A stretch of 63,858 nt of DNA, filler included, from Octopus bimaculoides (GCF_001194135.2; 4 parts of 4 records of this genome joined end to end with filler, not necessarily neighbours in it); one strand, 5' to 3'. Counted from the whole stretch's first letter, positions 1-12,822 are shown. Notes: generated by a model not told the origin, from the letters alone. Translations and numbers: made by a program.

Positions 1-45
<45 letters not shown>

Positions 46-280
46 CGTCAAGACATAGGTGTATAACTACCGAACTGATGTCTAAATTCTAATAAAAGAA
101 ACATGTCAGTTTTTAGAAATCCGCCATTCCTCTTAGTGAGACATTTGAAATGTTGTATGAGAACATAGAGTTCATACCTGTATGCTCAAAAATATATACT
201 CATATACATATAAAATTTTACATGTACATAGCTACATAAATAATAAACCTACATACGTACTTAATTATACAGGCATCTAA

Positions 281-440
281 CTACATATATACACACTTAC
301 ATAATTATGCACGTACATAACTGCATATATACACACATAATTATACACGTACATAACTACATATATAGACACATAATTATACACGTACATAACTGCATAT
401 ATAGACACATAATTATACACGTACATAACTGCATATATAC
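281..440. repeat. 36-bp minisatellite (~4.5 copies)
   Basis: Unit CTGCATATATACACACATAATTATACACGTACATAA repeats; explains the 12-aa periodic ORFs 277..591 and 307..498. Confidence 0.9.
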
Positions 441-1129
441 ATACAGACATACGTACATGCATACGTATATACGCAGTAAGAAACCCACCGATACGTAAAT
501 ATATAGAGCAAGTGCTAAAGTAGTCACTTGTCTTCTGAGTCCTATAATATTTCATAGTTTCTCTCGACATATTCAATAAACCGACACACACTTCCTTTAC
601 TTAACCATTTCTCTGACGACCGTTGACGTCATCTTGCGTTTCACTGAATCGCTACACTCCCCCACTGTGTGTGCATGTATGTGTGAATGTGGGCGCGTGT
701 GTGTGTGTGTGTTGTATTCTGTAAAAGTATCGGGGAACCTATCAGATTAATGTTAAGCTGGCTTTATTGCAACAAGCAAAATAGCTCGTTAGAAAATCTT
801 TATAAGTAACCATACTGAGAATTAATGTTTGTCGCCAATCCCACCATGGCTGTTCCGTACGAACCGACATTGCTACCATTTTTTAACCCCAAGAGGATGC
901 CTCCTGTAGCTGGTTGTTGATGCAATCTGCGCCCGATATATATATTAGAAGCAGGGGAGCGAAATCCTACCATCTTCTAGCGACTCGACAGACCGGCGGG
1001 CTTCGTGTTATTTTTGCCCATAAAAAACAACCATTAACACACACACACATACATACACACAAACATTAAAAGGTATGTAAAATAAACCCCTTCAATTTAG
1101 CGAAAATGAGTTGCACAATAGTGTCTGCT

Positions 1130-1800
1130 ACAAATACCCGGGACCTACAACTTCATGAATTCAAAAACCATACAAGTCGAAAGACATTATCCTCCTTCAC
1201 TATTGAATGATGGGATAAAACATGGCAAGAGAATTGATACCCAAACACTAAAAAAAATAAAAACGAAATAACATACACAATATAAAAAACTACTCTACAT
1301 CTCTACCAAGAATCCTAGAAATAAAGCATATAATCACATTATTCAAAATTTACCCATGCTTATTGGTGATCCTAAGGTGAACCACATTCTACTCATGCAC
1401 AAATTCATCAAAATAAAAAGAACAACCAAGATCATTAAAGAGAATACCGATCGGTGAGATATTATTGCCAACAACAACGGGGCCCAGTATGAAAAGATGC
1501 AGGAGACTTAAGTGTGTAACATGTCTCAACCTTCTACAAGGTTCAGAATTCTACTTTAAACAATGATAATTATTCAAAAATAAGGTCTCAGTTTATCTGT
1601 GCACCCGGAAACTTAATCTGTCATAACTTGTTGATGGTGTGGACACAACTATATAGGTCAATCAAGATCATCTCTCAGACGGAGAATCACACTGCATAAA
1701 GAACAAATCTGTTCCCCATGGTATAGAAAGATACTATTAAGCGGATACATAGTCAGATGTGCAGGAAACCTGCAACCAAATATCAAAATCTCCTATTTAC
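1130..1800 (+). mobile_element. Penelope-like retroelement remnant (RT C-terminal region + GIY-YIG endonuclease), frameshifted
   Basis: Manual translation gives KHYPPSLLNDGIKHGKRIDTQTL (~1190-1250) and ITC*WCGHNYIGQSRSSLRRRITLHKEQI (~1620-1710), matching the PLE GIY-YIG pattern (C..C...YIG.T...L..R...H). Confidence 0.7.
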
Positions 1801-1804
1801 CAAT

Positions 1805-2590
1805 AGGAAAGTGAATGTGAGCGCTTCCCTTGATGATAGAATCGTCAACCGTCTTGCAAAGGCAACCAACGCATTTTGTATACTCCATCATCGCATATGG
1901 AATGAAAAGAGCATCAAAGCTGACACCAAAGTACATGTCTATAAAGCAACCATTTTTACTACTCTCTTGTTTGACTCAGAATCGTGGATACCCTATAGAC
2001 GACACATTAACCAACTAGACATCTTCCACAAAGACTGTCTGAGGAGAATCTGTGGTTATTCACTAAAAGACAAAGTTTCTAATGCCAACTTGTTTAGCAA
2101 GAGTAAGATTGGTAAAATTAAGAGCTTCCTTATAAAATCACAATTGCGCTGGGCTGGCTATGTCGTCAGAATAAATTACGAAAGAATACCCAAAGTACTC
2201 ATGTGCCGCCAGCTTGAGAGTGGACACAGGAATGTTGGTCAACCAAAGACATGCTGAAGAGTAACCTCTTAGAGATGAAGATAGCTCACAACACATTTGA
2301 GGGAACAACATCGGAACGAACAAAATGGAGATCGTTGTGTCAAAATGGTATAAAAATCTTTGTTGCAGCCAGCATTAACAGGCTTCGAGGTGTAAGGCAA
2401 AGGAGTAAAGCGGCTGTTGATATACCACCACCTGCAATGACCTGTAATCGTCATACTTCCATGATCTAAGCCTTCTTTGCAAATCGTTGGCGGGACTTAA
2501 ATGTCATATTCGATTAAAGCATTATGACTGACAAAGAAAGAATAGTTGTCAGAGCTTCATACATTGAAACCGACGGAAGAGTCTATCATT
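1805..2590 (+). mobile_element. RTE-clade LINE, 5'-truncated 3' portion (post-RT region), degenerate
   Basis: ORF 1757..2257 contains RLAKATNAF..LHHRIW, TKVHVYKATIFTTLLFDSESW, LRWAGYVVR..YERIPK (RTE/BovB-type). It continues after a frameshift in 2251..2469 (ERTKWRSL) and ends with a CKSLAGLKCHIR-like motif near 2500-2520. Confidence 0.9.
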
Positions 2591-2598
2591 ATATATGT

Positions 2599-2607
2599 AT
2601 AATAATA

Positions 2608-2672
<65 letters not shown>
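2599..2672. repeat. (TAA)n microsatellite
   Basis: Direct reading. Confidence 0.95.
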
Positions 2673-3289
2673 CCATATATTTAATGGAATTCATATATAT
2701 TTTAACGCATCGCTACGCGCGTTTTAGCAAGTTGCATGTTTCTTAAGACAATATACATATTCCTGGGATGATTAAGGTACAGTCCATAGTCTTCATGGAC
2801 GACGGGTAGATCACATTCGCACATTCATTTCTTCAAGCAATGACGCATTAAGTGATGTTTATCACCCGAAGAAATGGATGCGTGAATGTGATCTACCTGA
2901 TTTCCATGTTTTGAAAAACCTTATCAAAAATGAGTATAAAATATGTGAGAAAAGAAGAGGGCTATTAATGAAATAAAATTGAAATTAAAATTAAGAATGT
3001 CATTCATAGTTTACTGTTATTTCTATCATGTGCACGTGGTCCTTTCGTTCCGTTGTGATTGGTGGTATTTCGGAAAAGCAAAGAGAAGTGGGTGGGTGTT
3101 TGTTTTTGCCAAAGAACTTTTTTTAATCCAAAAAAGATAATTTTTGACATTTTATTCATCCCAATTCTTTGCTGCTCTCAGGTAAACATTGACTAATGAA
3201 TTCGTCTCACAGGTGGAAGTGATGGAGTCTGGAGTCCTTTATACGTCTTCATAACCGGATTAAGTTCCGTCGTTATGAACCCTAAACGC

Positions 3290-3630
3290 AGTTGTTATGT
3301 GGTGAGAAGTTTTCTTCTCAAGCACATGGCTCTGGGTTCAGTCCCACTGCATGACATCTTGGGCAAGTATTTTCGACTATAGCGCTGGGCCGACAAAAGT
3401 CTTATCATTGGATTTGATAGGGCGAAACTGAAAAAAATCCCGTCGTATATTATACCTGTTTGTATATATGTCTGTGTGTGTATGCATGTGAGTGTTCCCT
3501 TGCGTCTGTGTTTGTCCTCAGCACCTCTTGACAACCGTTGTTGGATTGTTTACGTTTCCGTAACTTAGCGGTGTGACAAAAGGCATTTCACCCGGCGTGC
3601 TAACGTTTCTGCCAGCTCGCCGCCTTTGAA
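3290..3630 (+). mobile_element. tRNA-derived SINE family A, diverged copy
   Basis: GGTTCAGTCCCACTG B-box head and body GGGCAAGT..GACTATAGC..GGGCCGAC..GAAACTGAAA, homologous to 38063-38468. Confidence 0.8.
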
Positions 3631-5599
3631 TAGACCTATATTAAAACTGTTGTTCATTACTTCCACAAATATTAAGCAAATGTTTTCCATGTCTTCTTCT
3701 TCGAGGCGTCAAAATTCTTGTCTCCCTCCTAAAAGACCGAAATTAACCATGTTACTAAACGACTTTTGCCAACTCACTATCTCTAGTCTTCTTGGATCCC
3801 GATATTTGTTTGCTATTTATAATAATCTATTTTAAAAAGAGGCAACATGAACGTATTTATCTGAAATAACTGTGGATATGATTTATTAATCACCTAATTT
3901 GAAAAACATAAATAAGTTTTTTATGAACGAGATGTAACGGGAAGTGATGACAAGTTTTGATTGAGGCAGAAGGCAACTTCTTTGCCGAGGGAAAAGAAGA
4001 GACACAGAGTTTAGAATAGGATTGTTGTATATTTTAAAGATCCCCAGAATGATATGAAGCAAACTGTCCTCGATGAGAAATGAGCTGAGAAACACAAGAT
4101 GACTTCAACTAAATACCACAAAGTATTTTTGTTTTACATTTTGTTACAATGTGTCTCTGTCCTATGTTCTATAAAGCAACTTTCTCCTACTCCATATAAC
4201 GTATGGTTGGTCTACATTCTATAATGTACCAATGTGCTACACTTTACTATTTATATTTTTCCAGCCATCCACTGGTGAAAATTTGCCCTGAATTCTATAA
4301 TGTATCATTGTGCTACACAAAACTACGTCTCTTCGTGCAACACACTACAATATGTGTTTGTTTTATTGCGACTACAATCCTTTCTTCGTCTCATTTCTGT
4401 GAACCATTGGCCTAAAATGTACACCATAGTTCTGCCCCGCTATGAAAATATGTCTCTGTTCTACAGTATGGACTGTGTTTTACTATGAGTATTTGTCCTA
4501 CCCTCTACAACAGAACCTGTCCTGGCTATCTTTGTCTTGCATTTCTGCAATGTTTACAATCTCCCTCATCCAACCGACTTCAATATACCATTGTCCAGCA
4601 CTCTACAATTAATCTTTGTCCTTCTCTGAATAAAATATGTTTATCTTTTCTATAATGCATTTTTGTCTTACACTCTACTCATTACACTACTGTTACAGGT
4701 ACATTGAAGTGAGAGGATACTACTTTGAAGGAGATTAGAATACTCCTTTCAAATTAACAAAGAGCCTTTGTGAAGAAGTTCCAAACGGATAAAATGAACC
4801 TCCTGAGTTTTTTCACAATTTACCACCAGCTGTTCGTCTCCCATATTCTAAAATTAATCCCACATTCTACAATCTAAAATTTCTCATTGAATATTGTACT
4901 ACGCTTCATGGTCCCAGAATTTACTTTATATCTTTGTCGTAGACCTCGCTTTCTATATATTCCTCTTAAACGCTTGTATATTATTTTATATCGTTGTCAA
5001 ATACTCAACTATAGATTCTTTCTTATTGTTTACAATACTATACAATGCGACTTTGCCCTTAATTCAAATATCTCTTCTCTGTTCTATATTTTACAATATA
5101 TCTTTTGTTGCACTCTAATGTATCTTTGCCCTATTTTCTACTCTGCATTTCTTATTCCAGATTCTACAACATCTCTGCTGTATATGATACAATACAGCTT
5201 AGTACTACACACTACACTGTATATATTTCGTGCACTTAACAATGTCTCTTTGCCTATAACTCTACAAGGCGACGAACATTCTTGTTTTGATTGTTTCAAT
5301 AATTTTATTCTGTCAGAACTGCGTCTGTACTATTATTGGTCATAATTTGTACTTTGTTCTTCATCTATTTTCTTATTAAATTACATGCCAGTCTAAATTA
5401 TACATTTGCAATCCTAAAATATTGTTGCAGTCAAATAAGACATTCTTCACTCTTTCTCTTTATCTCTCAATACATACATACATACATATAGTTGGGGCGT
5501 TTGTGTGTACATATAATTATCTTTCTCCAATGTATACATATTACGTATATCTCTTTATCTATCTACGGTTTATCGCTTATATTCTTATCTATGCATGTA

Positions 5600-5631
<32 letters not shown>

Positions 5632-5994
5632 AGAATTTTATAGCGAGAAGATGGAATGAACAAGTTTTATTCTAAATCACTACAATTGTTTCGGCGCATC
5701 GGTATCAGCTGTTAAATGCTGAATTGATGATGTAGCAGTGCTCTGAACCCCACATACCTGAAGACGTGCAGATTCACAGATATTGTCGGATATCAATACA
5801 ATACTGTGTTGAGTATGCGTAAAATTTAGCATTGACCAGCGTGTACTAAGGCGCAGAAACAATCTATGCATGTTTAATGATTTCTTAAAACAGTAAAAAA
5901 AATATTTAAAAAAACTTTAAAATATTACGGAGATGTACTTGCATAGCAAGTGACCTGATCTGAGATCGTGTGCTGAAATAAAAATAATTGCAGC

Positions 5995-6248
5995 GTGGAA
6001 GATGTTTATAAGCCATTTAAAAACACACAAAAAACCGTTAAATTCACTTCAACATTTAAATTTAATTTGTCAAAATATTTTCGTCGCTTTGAGACCGCGA
6101 CCTGTTCACTGACAAACTTCTGTACTGCATCCCAGTGAACAGGTCGCGGTTTCAAAGCGACGAAAATATTTTGACAAATTAAATTTAAATGTTGAAGTGA
6201 ATCTAACGGTTTTAGTGTGTTTTTAAATGGCTTATAAACATCTTCCAC
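5995..6248. repeat. Long near-perfect inverted repeat (~117-bp arms, 21-bp spacer); foldback/MITE-like
   Basis: 5995-6111 is the reverse complement of 6133-6248 with only a few mismatches. Confidence 0.92.
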
Positions 6249-7296
6249 TTAAAATATTGCTGCTCAAGTTAGAATTTGCTAAATAAATTTCTGAAATTTT
6301 ACATCAAATTATGTGTCTGTTATATTGTTTGCCTTTTCTTGTAAATTCTTAAAATTTAATTTGATATTTTTGATTTAAGCTGAAATATTTTGGTCTTGTA
6401 TTTAGTATTATATTATTTTTTAAATTTTATTTTCTTAACAAAACTCATTATACAAAACTTTTATATCACTGATATTGTGTTAAAATTAAACTCATGTGGA
6501 ATATATGTAATTCAAAAAGAAGAGTAAAAAAGTGAAACAAAATCTTCAAAGAAACAAAAGAATTGATTTCTTCAAAATTTGCATTATCAGATAACAAAGC
6601 GTTTTCTATTTACAGACCGAAGAATATAAAAGAAATGAAAGTTAATGAACAAATTGAGTGCAAAATGTAGGAATGATTTTAGCTATTTTCTTTTAACTTA
6701 GGGGTCAATTTCGCTTTAATTCATATTATGTGATTTTTAAATATATGAAGCACTAATTTGTAGTATGAAATTTTTAACGTATAAACTTGCAGGTAATTAG
6801 TTTTGTCAGTAAAATTGAAAACAAATAGTTTCTTGAATATTTTAAGTTAAACTTAAATTCTAAAATAATAAAAAAATATATAAAAGGGATTTATTAATAT
6901 TTCAGTTTTTAAATTCTAACTTTCGCTGCAACATTTCAATCTTGTTATCTTCCTGTCCTGTACTTTTCCAGGCTTAAATATTGCTTGTCCTGCATTTTTT
7001 CATGGTTTAATTACGGCTTGTACTTTTCCTGGTTTATTATTCTAGTTCTGTTTTTTCAAGGCAACGCTTCTATTGTGATAATTATACTTATCTTTAAATG
7101 TTTCATTCTAGTAATACTAAAAATAAAACAGTAATATTTTAGCTTAAAACAAAGAAATTTTTGAATGAAAAATATTAGATTAAAAAACTTTGCAATAATA
7201 GACAATGAAATGCCTACCATATTTGATGAAGAGTTTCAGAAATTTATTTCGATCCACTTTTTTCTACCCTCCTTCCACTTCATTTCTCTCAGCTGT

Positions 7297-7610
7297 TGTT
7301 TGGTAGTTAGTCCAATACCTGGTCAATGTCATACTGTTTTCTCCAACGTACTGTCAACATTTACTTGCTATGTTAAACGCAGTAAAGATTTGTATTCGTT
7401 GATAAATTTTTCAAATTTGTTTTTCCTTGAAATTCATAAAGCTTTTTAACACCTTTTCCTTTTCTTTTGAATTTGACACACGTTTAGCAACAGTTAAGAA
7501 ATCGAATCTTCCTTCAGCCTTAGGAAAGCCAAATCGACATTTTTTGACCGCACTCTTTTGGTTCTCCATAAATTCTACACGTTTTGCTGCATGAATGCAT
7601 TTGAAAATGT
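7297..7610 (-). mobile_element. Helitron/Helentron Rep domain remnant (frameshifted)
   Basis: Minus-strand peptides QMHSCSKTCR, KKCRFGFP, FINEYKSLL and QYVGENSMTLTRY occur in the order expected for the Helitron Rep C-terminal motifs (H..TC..CRFGFP..IN.YN..LL..N.DIQY). Confidence 0.7.
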
Positions 7611-8110
7611 TAGATTTTTTCTGGAGAATCTTTGGTCTAAATAGGTGCTTGAAGTTTCATATTAGGAGCACCCCCGCTCCATTGATGCAATATTTTCCAG
7701 AAATAATATGTGATGTCACCAAAAACTTGGATTTTTTTATAGCTTGTAAACGGTGACATGTTTACTAACAGCGACAACGTCCTTTTCATATACTAGATAC
7801 TAGATATCAAAATAACTAAGATATTTTGATTTGAATCAAAGTAACTTTTTGACCTGACTTTTTCTTAATGAACCAAATGAAGTTTAGAACTCTACCATCA
7901 TTCCTAAAACGCTGCATTCAATTTGGCTGAGGACTGAATTAGTGGTGAAGTGACTAAAACGTATATATATATATATATCTAAGATACCGAAGCACAATAA
8001 CATATTGGTTTGAAAGCTGTTTTGGATTAAAAAAAAAAGTCGATCACTGCCCATGTGACTCCAGCCCAGATCTCACGTAGAGACCAAAAGCATAATATGC
8101 ATACATCATA

Positions 8111-8430
8111 CAGGGTATTCGGGTTAAATATAACAGGTTTCACAAAACGAAAAAAAGGCCAATGTCCTATCCAAAAGAGAGTTTTTAAATAAATAAAACA
8201 ATATCAAATAGTATATGGCTGGGTGATAATAATTTGCTCAAAGTAGGCTTCTTCAGCTTACATCAAGACCTAAAGACGGCTCCGAAACCTAACATCTACG
8301 TTCCCTAGGGAACATCTGTGTCCATAAGGAGATCTTCGGACACCATCTTGATCTTGTTCACGAGCTCGGCCCTGGTTTTCTAAGCAGAACGGTTGATTTC
8401 TTTCCCAACGATGCCGCACACTTAGTAACG
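8111..8430 (-). mobile_element. Tc1/mariner-superfamily transposon 3' end (transposase C-terminus + TIR)
   Basis: Minus translation VCGIVGKEINRSA*KTRAELVNKIK..RFRSRL..AEEAYFE; TA-CAGGGT terminus at 8109-8116. Confidence 0.7.
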
Positions 8431-8713
8431 TGGATACATTGTTAGAACGTCGTAATATAATAGTATTCGTCTTGGGAGAGCATTTTTTATAGCTGTTTAT
8501 TGCTTAAAAAGCAGAGAAATATTAGTAACAGACAAAAGTCGTCCAACATCGGTGATGGAATTGATCACGTGACTTTTGCGTGTTTGCGTTTTATCAAGAA
8601 CAGGAATTTGTCTGCCACTGGAATTGCTGTGCTTTTAAACATTAAACTATATACTGTCTTAAGACATGCCACTTTATAACGGCTTTCTTGCAATACTTCC
8701 ACGTTAAGTAGGA

Positions 8714-8714
<1 letters not shown>

Positions 8715-8745
<31 letters not shown>

Positions 8746-8746
8746 G

Positions 8747-8789
<43 letters not shown>

Positions 8790-8803
8790 ATCTATCTATC
8801 TAC

Positions 8804-8835
<32 letters not shown>

Positions 8836-8845
8836 NNNNNNNNNN

Positions 8846-8885
<40 letters not shown>
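8715..8885. repeat. (TATC)n + (TC)n / gap / (GA)n microsatellites
   Basis: Direct reading. Confidence 0.95.
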
Positions 8886-8888
<3 letters not shown>

Positions 8889-9996
8889 GAGAGTAGGTAG
8901 TAATGCAGACAAACACAATTAAGCTTTAACAAATCTATTAAAACTATTCCACCACACCTAATATCGGATCCATATTGCCTCCTCTCTAACAGACGCAGAT
9001 TTCACCGCCCAATGGTAGACCCTTCACCACCCCAACCCACATATTAGCAATAATACTACCCTTAGAAATCCTTCTTAATTCCATAATATCAACCATAATA
9101 CTACTCCCCGTAGAACTACCAACATGATCACATAACAGCGGTAACACTCCCTCTCATCCCAACACCAGTTCTGATAATACCACCGGTACCTCTTTGGAGC
9201 AACTGACCATACTAACCCAACCGCACTGCTGGTAGGAAAACCCGTCATTTCCGGGTCTTCAAAATCTGTTCACTCGGAGGTTTTTGTGTACGCAATAATG
9301 TAGTCCATAAATGCCGGGAAATGACACCCTCCTTCCACAATGCAAGCTTCTTCCTCAAGTCTTCTTTAGCCTCCACCCTCCCTAATTAATACCATCTGTT
9401 GTCAACGCATCCAAAAGCTACTCCCTTCACAATGCCCCACAACCCGTCCCTTGTAACTCGACTCACCTCTTTTACTTCTTCTCTCAATGCCTTGGTCGCT
9501 GACCCTTCTTCTCTCCCTTCTCTATTTCTTCCTACCCTTCCTCTAATTCAACACTCCCGTACACACTCCTTCTACTTCCTTCTATTTACCTTTCTCTTCT
9601 ATTCTATCTTTAAACTCTCTGCCATTATGAACAGCGAGCTGTCGATCTTTGACGACGGTGTCCGGTTTTGCAGAAATGGTATATACACCCACTGCTGGCT
9701 GCATAACTTTGAATTTTTGCAAACTACGACTGTTACGTAATTCCGTACTCCCACAAAAAGCTGTCGGACATGAAGTATCATGCCTCTCCTCTTAGTTTTC
9801 TATAGTTTTTATGCATGCTTTCTGGAAATATATAAATATTTTTGTGCTAATACAGGAGTGTTTATTTGAATATTTTCAGTCTTTTTATCTCTCTCGATAT
9901 CTCTCCCTATATATTATCTACATGTGTATTTGGATGTATACATATTTTATATATCAAGCCCTAGCGTATTTTATTTCCATCATTATATCTCTCTCT

Positions 9997-10064
<68 letters not shown>

Positions 10065-10858
10065 ATATACAGATGCACATACCCCTATCGACATATATCC
10101 AGAAAGAAACACTCTCTCCATCTCTCTCACTCTCTCTCTCCCCCTATCTCTTTCTTACACACACACGCACGCGCACGCACATATTATCTGCTTCGCTCTC
10201 ACCATATCTGCTCGTGTTGAGTTTCTCTTATCACCACTCTTGACCCAACGAACCTTGCCTTCGATGAAGTATTCGGTGTTTAACTTCAAATCTACATGAG
10301 CTCTACCACATGATTTCTATAATGACCATTTCTAGTCGCCGCCTGTTGTTTGCATGTAGTATCTCGTGAATTCCATTTTTTGTTTTTCTCAATTCTCGTG
10401 TGCGTGTATGTGTGGATTTGGAGTCCATCTGACTCGTATTTCTAACAAAGCTGTTACATTCCAGTACCATAATATTTTTAAACATGCCTGTACCGTTCAT
10501 GCTTTGGATAGCCACTAATATCATTATTAATGATAATGTATATATATATATGTATGTATGTATGCATGTATGTATGTATGTATGTATGTATGTATATGCA
10601 TATATATATATATATACAGAGCTGGGCGTATGTTTGTTAATCCGTTAATCGCTAATTACCGAAGTTAGCATTTTCGTTAACGATTTAACTTTTAAGTTAA
10701 CTTTGAAAATAATTTTCAATTATTTCCTCATCTGTATCGTTCAGCGCTTCTAAAGCAAACCCTGTTTGCTGACTTTCGACGTCAGTTGAATTTAACGTAC
10801 GATGACATCTTTTAAAGCTAGATTTATATATCCTAAAATTGCAGAAGAATTTGTCGCT

Positions 10859-10933
10859 GGACAGTTTAGCTTAATGGTAAAGCACTTGACGCGTAATCTC
10901 AGGGATGTGAGTTCGTGTCTCATGGCTGGTTCC
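10859..10933 (+). pseudogene. Degenerate tRNA-like sequence (tRNA pseudogene or isolated SINE head)
   Basis: D-arm GCTT-AATGGTA-AAGC and T-arm GTGAG-TTCGTGT-CTCAT pair; acceptor and anticodon stems pair poorly. Confidence 0.5.
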
Positions 10934-11631
10934 TGATAGAGTTTTCTGTAAAATATTGATAGTTTATCTTGTTCATTCTATATTATTAGCATCATCCTGC
11001 GTTTGAGAATGAAGTTGTTTCCTTATCTGTAACTTTCAATACATCACAACGCTTCAAAACAAATTTTTTTGTTGAATTTAATATATATATATATACATAG
11101 AGAGAGAGAGAGAGAGATAAATATAGCGTGAGCTCGGTAAATATTTGTAGAGGTGTCTGCGTGTTCCTGTCTGTGTGTGATTAATCGTATGTACCATGTA
11201 ATTGTCGCCCTGTTTATTGATTTCGAGTGCTGAGGATCGGATGCGAAGATCTCTCAGTGGCTGTTTTTAAGTGAGAGACCATTGCATGTTGTCTTGACAG
11301 ACAGAAGTAATATAGTAATAGGTTTCAGGCTGAGCAATGAAATTAAAATCAATTTCTTCCTCACATTCTAAAACTACGTTAAATTTAAAACACCTCCTGA
11401 ACATATTCTTACCAGAAACTACACTAAATTTCCTGTTTGAATATGCAAATCTCTTGCAGCTATGAAATGCTCTGAGAGTTGAAATGGGATTAACTCTGGA
11501 ATCTTTTAACTTAATAAAGAATATAAGATACTATATTCACAGAAATGTTGAGTACAATAATTGAATCAATAAACTATATTTTTTACAAACAAACGTATTC
11601 ATATATGTGTGCGTATGGATACCGTTATATA

Positions 11632-11692
<61 letters not shown>

Positions 11693-12346
11693 NNNNNNNN
11701 NNNNNNNNNNNNNNNNNNNNNNNNNNNNNNNNNNNNNNNNNNNNNNNNNNNNNNNNNNNNNNNNNNNNNNNNNNNNNNNNNNNNNNNNNNNNNNNNNNNN
11801 NNNNNNNNNNNNNNNNNNNNNNNNNNNNNNNNNNNNNNNNNNNNNNNNNNNNNNNNNNNNNNNNNNNNNNNNNNNNNNNNNNNNNNNNNNNNNNNNNNNN
11901 NNNNNNNNNNTATAGATAAAGTATATATAAAATATATATAGTTTTAGGGAAAATAACCAATTTTCAAGAACTCATCGATGAAAATCCACTATCACATATA
12001 GAAAAATTAATAATTAAAAGCACAATAAATAAGTATAATATAAAGTAAAGTAAATATCATAAGATAAATATAAATATATATATATATATAAATCCGTTAG
12101 AATTGATTGATAAAAAGGGGCGAATGATAAAGGGTAAGTTAGAGAAACGTAAGTGAAGTTGGGAAGGGAGGGTGACAGGGGGAAGAAGAAGAAGAGAAGG
12201 TAAAATATAGATAAGAAGATGGGAAAGTCACATTTGAGTATTGATTTCTGAAAGGAAATCTATGATTAAATAAGTTAATTGATGGAACTCTCTCAGGTTT
12301 AACGGACAACATAAGTAGCATAGCATAAACAGTAACAAGTGGCGTA

Positions 12347-12528
<182 letters not shown>

Positions 12529-12598
12529 TCTCTGATAGGGTACCAGGTACTGGTCCTCATGGCTTCTGATCTTAACTCATTGGAAGTTTTATCATGTA

Positions 12599-12822
12599 CA
12601 GTGATCTTTCACCATATCGCGGTTCACCTATCGCGATTCACCTATCGCGGTTTGTTACTGAAGCTTACTGATTTCTCTGCTGTGTTGTTTTGCATTTACA
12701 ATAAAATAAATCAATACAAATTATAAAAATAAAAAAATAAGTACATTACAGTACTGTTTGTACTTTGCGGATTTTCAACTATCACGGGGTTTTTATAATG
12801 TCTCACTCATCAGGTGTCACTG
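12599..12822. mobile_element. pogo/Tigger-like MITE with TA target duplication
   Basis: TA|CAGTGA...TCACTG|TA termini; subterminal TATCGCGG(TTCACC) repeats typical of Tigger-type ends. Confidence 0.7.

Noticed and set aside
624-631. Perfect CRE palindrome TGACGTCA
   Set aside because: A single 8-mer is expected by chance in 64 kb; no promoter context.
8930-9600. Possible LINE (Tx1-like) or Penelope remnant
   Set aside because: Peptide resemblance is too weak and conflicting between strands to call.
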